From the NCBI GenBank assembly GCA_038212075.1, contig JBBQUV010000002.1, positions 7,343 through 71,342 of the forward strand: a stretch of DNA of 64,000 nt. Reading direction: 5' to 3'. Under the pieces are notes generated by a model. It was not told the origin of the DNA. It searched no databases and saw only the letters and a list, made by a program, of their open reading frames with translations. A program made the translations under genes and the position numbers. Source of the DNA: Minisyncoccia bacterium. Its GTDB lineage: Bacteria; Patescibacteriota; Minisyncoccia; Phycocordibacterales; Phycocordibacteraceae. This document shows positions 63,967 through 64,000 of this stretch, piece by piece (position 1 is the stretch's first letter; each line of letters starts with the position of its first letter).

Positions 63967-64000
63967 AAAACGAAAACCCGCTTCAGGCGGGTTTTCGTTT
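63967..64000 (+). terminator. Intrinsic terminator (AAAACGAAAACCCGC-TTCAG-GCGGGTTTTCGTTT).
   Basis: Read from the sequence. Confidence 0.6.

Noticed and set aside
1-64000. CRISPR arrays, tRNA genes, rRNA genes, transposases and integrases.
   Set aside because: I found no regularly spaced direct repeats. I found no tRNA T-arm/acceptor signatures (GGTTCGAATCC-like with a compatible acceptor stem). I found no rRNA-like stretches and no ORF with DDE-transposase or tyrosine-recombinase motifs. Intergenic space is too small to hide such elements, except at 7.6 kb and 42.1 kb, which I discuss above.

Overview
The window is a gene-dense bacterial chromosomal segment, about 50% GC overall and roughly 90% coding, with mostly short intergenic gaps that often hold GC-rich hairpins followed by T-runs. 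The housekeeping content includes the replication-origin neighbourhood: dnaA-dnaN on the minus strand face rpmH-rnpA-yidC on the plus strand, with a perfect TTATCCACA DnaA box between dnaA and dnaN. Also present are holA, polA, tsaE, ruvB-yebC-ruvC, a class A PBP, ksgA, a UvrD/PcrA-type helicase, pgk-tpiA, nusA, ppa, clpP, rny, sodA, recJ, rnhA, rpmB and hup. I found no tRNA, rRNA or CRISPR array.

Two envelope machines stand out:
- **Gram-positive-type type IV secretion (T4SS) island, about 13 kb, minus strand, roughly 16.2-29.4 kb.** All genes run the same way. It has a VirB4-like ATPase apparently split into two abutting ORFs, a PrgI/TcpE (VirB3)-like protein, and a VirB6-like polytopic membrane protein. 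It also has a pilin-like protein with an unusual C-terminal domain of about 14 cysteines, plus several secreted, proline-rich or low-complexity proteins. No relaxase or coupling protein is visible.
- **Type IV pilus (T4P) cluster, roughly 49.6-56.3 kb.** pilB and pilC sit with three prepilin-like genes, two of them encoding very large proteins (about 470 and 565 aa). A second PilB/GspE paralog lies at 4.0-5.7 kb.

DNA-uptake genes are scattered through the window. ComEC appears as two separate ORFs, the membrane channel and a stand-alone MBL domain. comM, recJ and rnhA are also present.

Two compositional anomalies are notable. A roughly 0.5 kb island of over 60% GC (33.5-34.05 kb) carries a small gene with very high third-position GC and its own strong terminator, which reads as foreign DNA. 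An AT-rich partial ORF runs off the left edge of the window.

Gene content is that of a small-genome, Gram-positive-envelope bacterium, perhaps a Patescibacteria/CPR-like lineage; that placement is my inference, not something shown by the sequence. All coordinates are approximate to within 1-3 nt.
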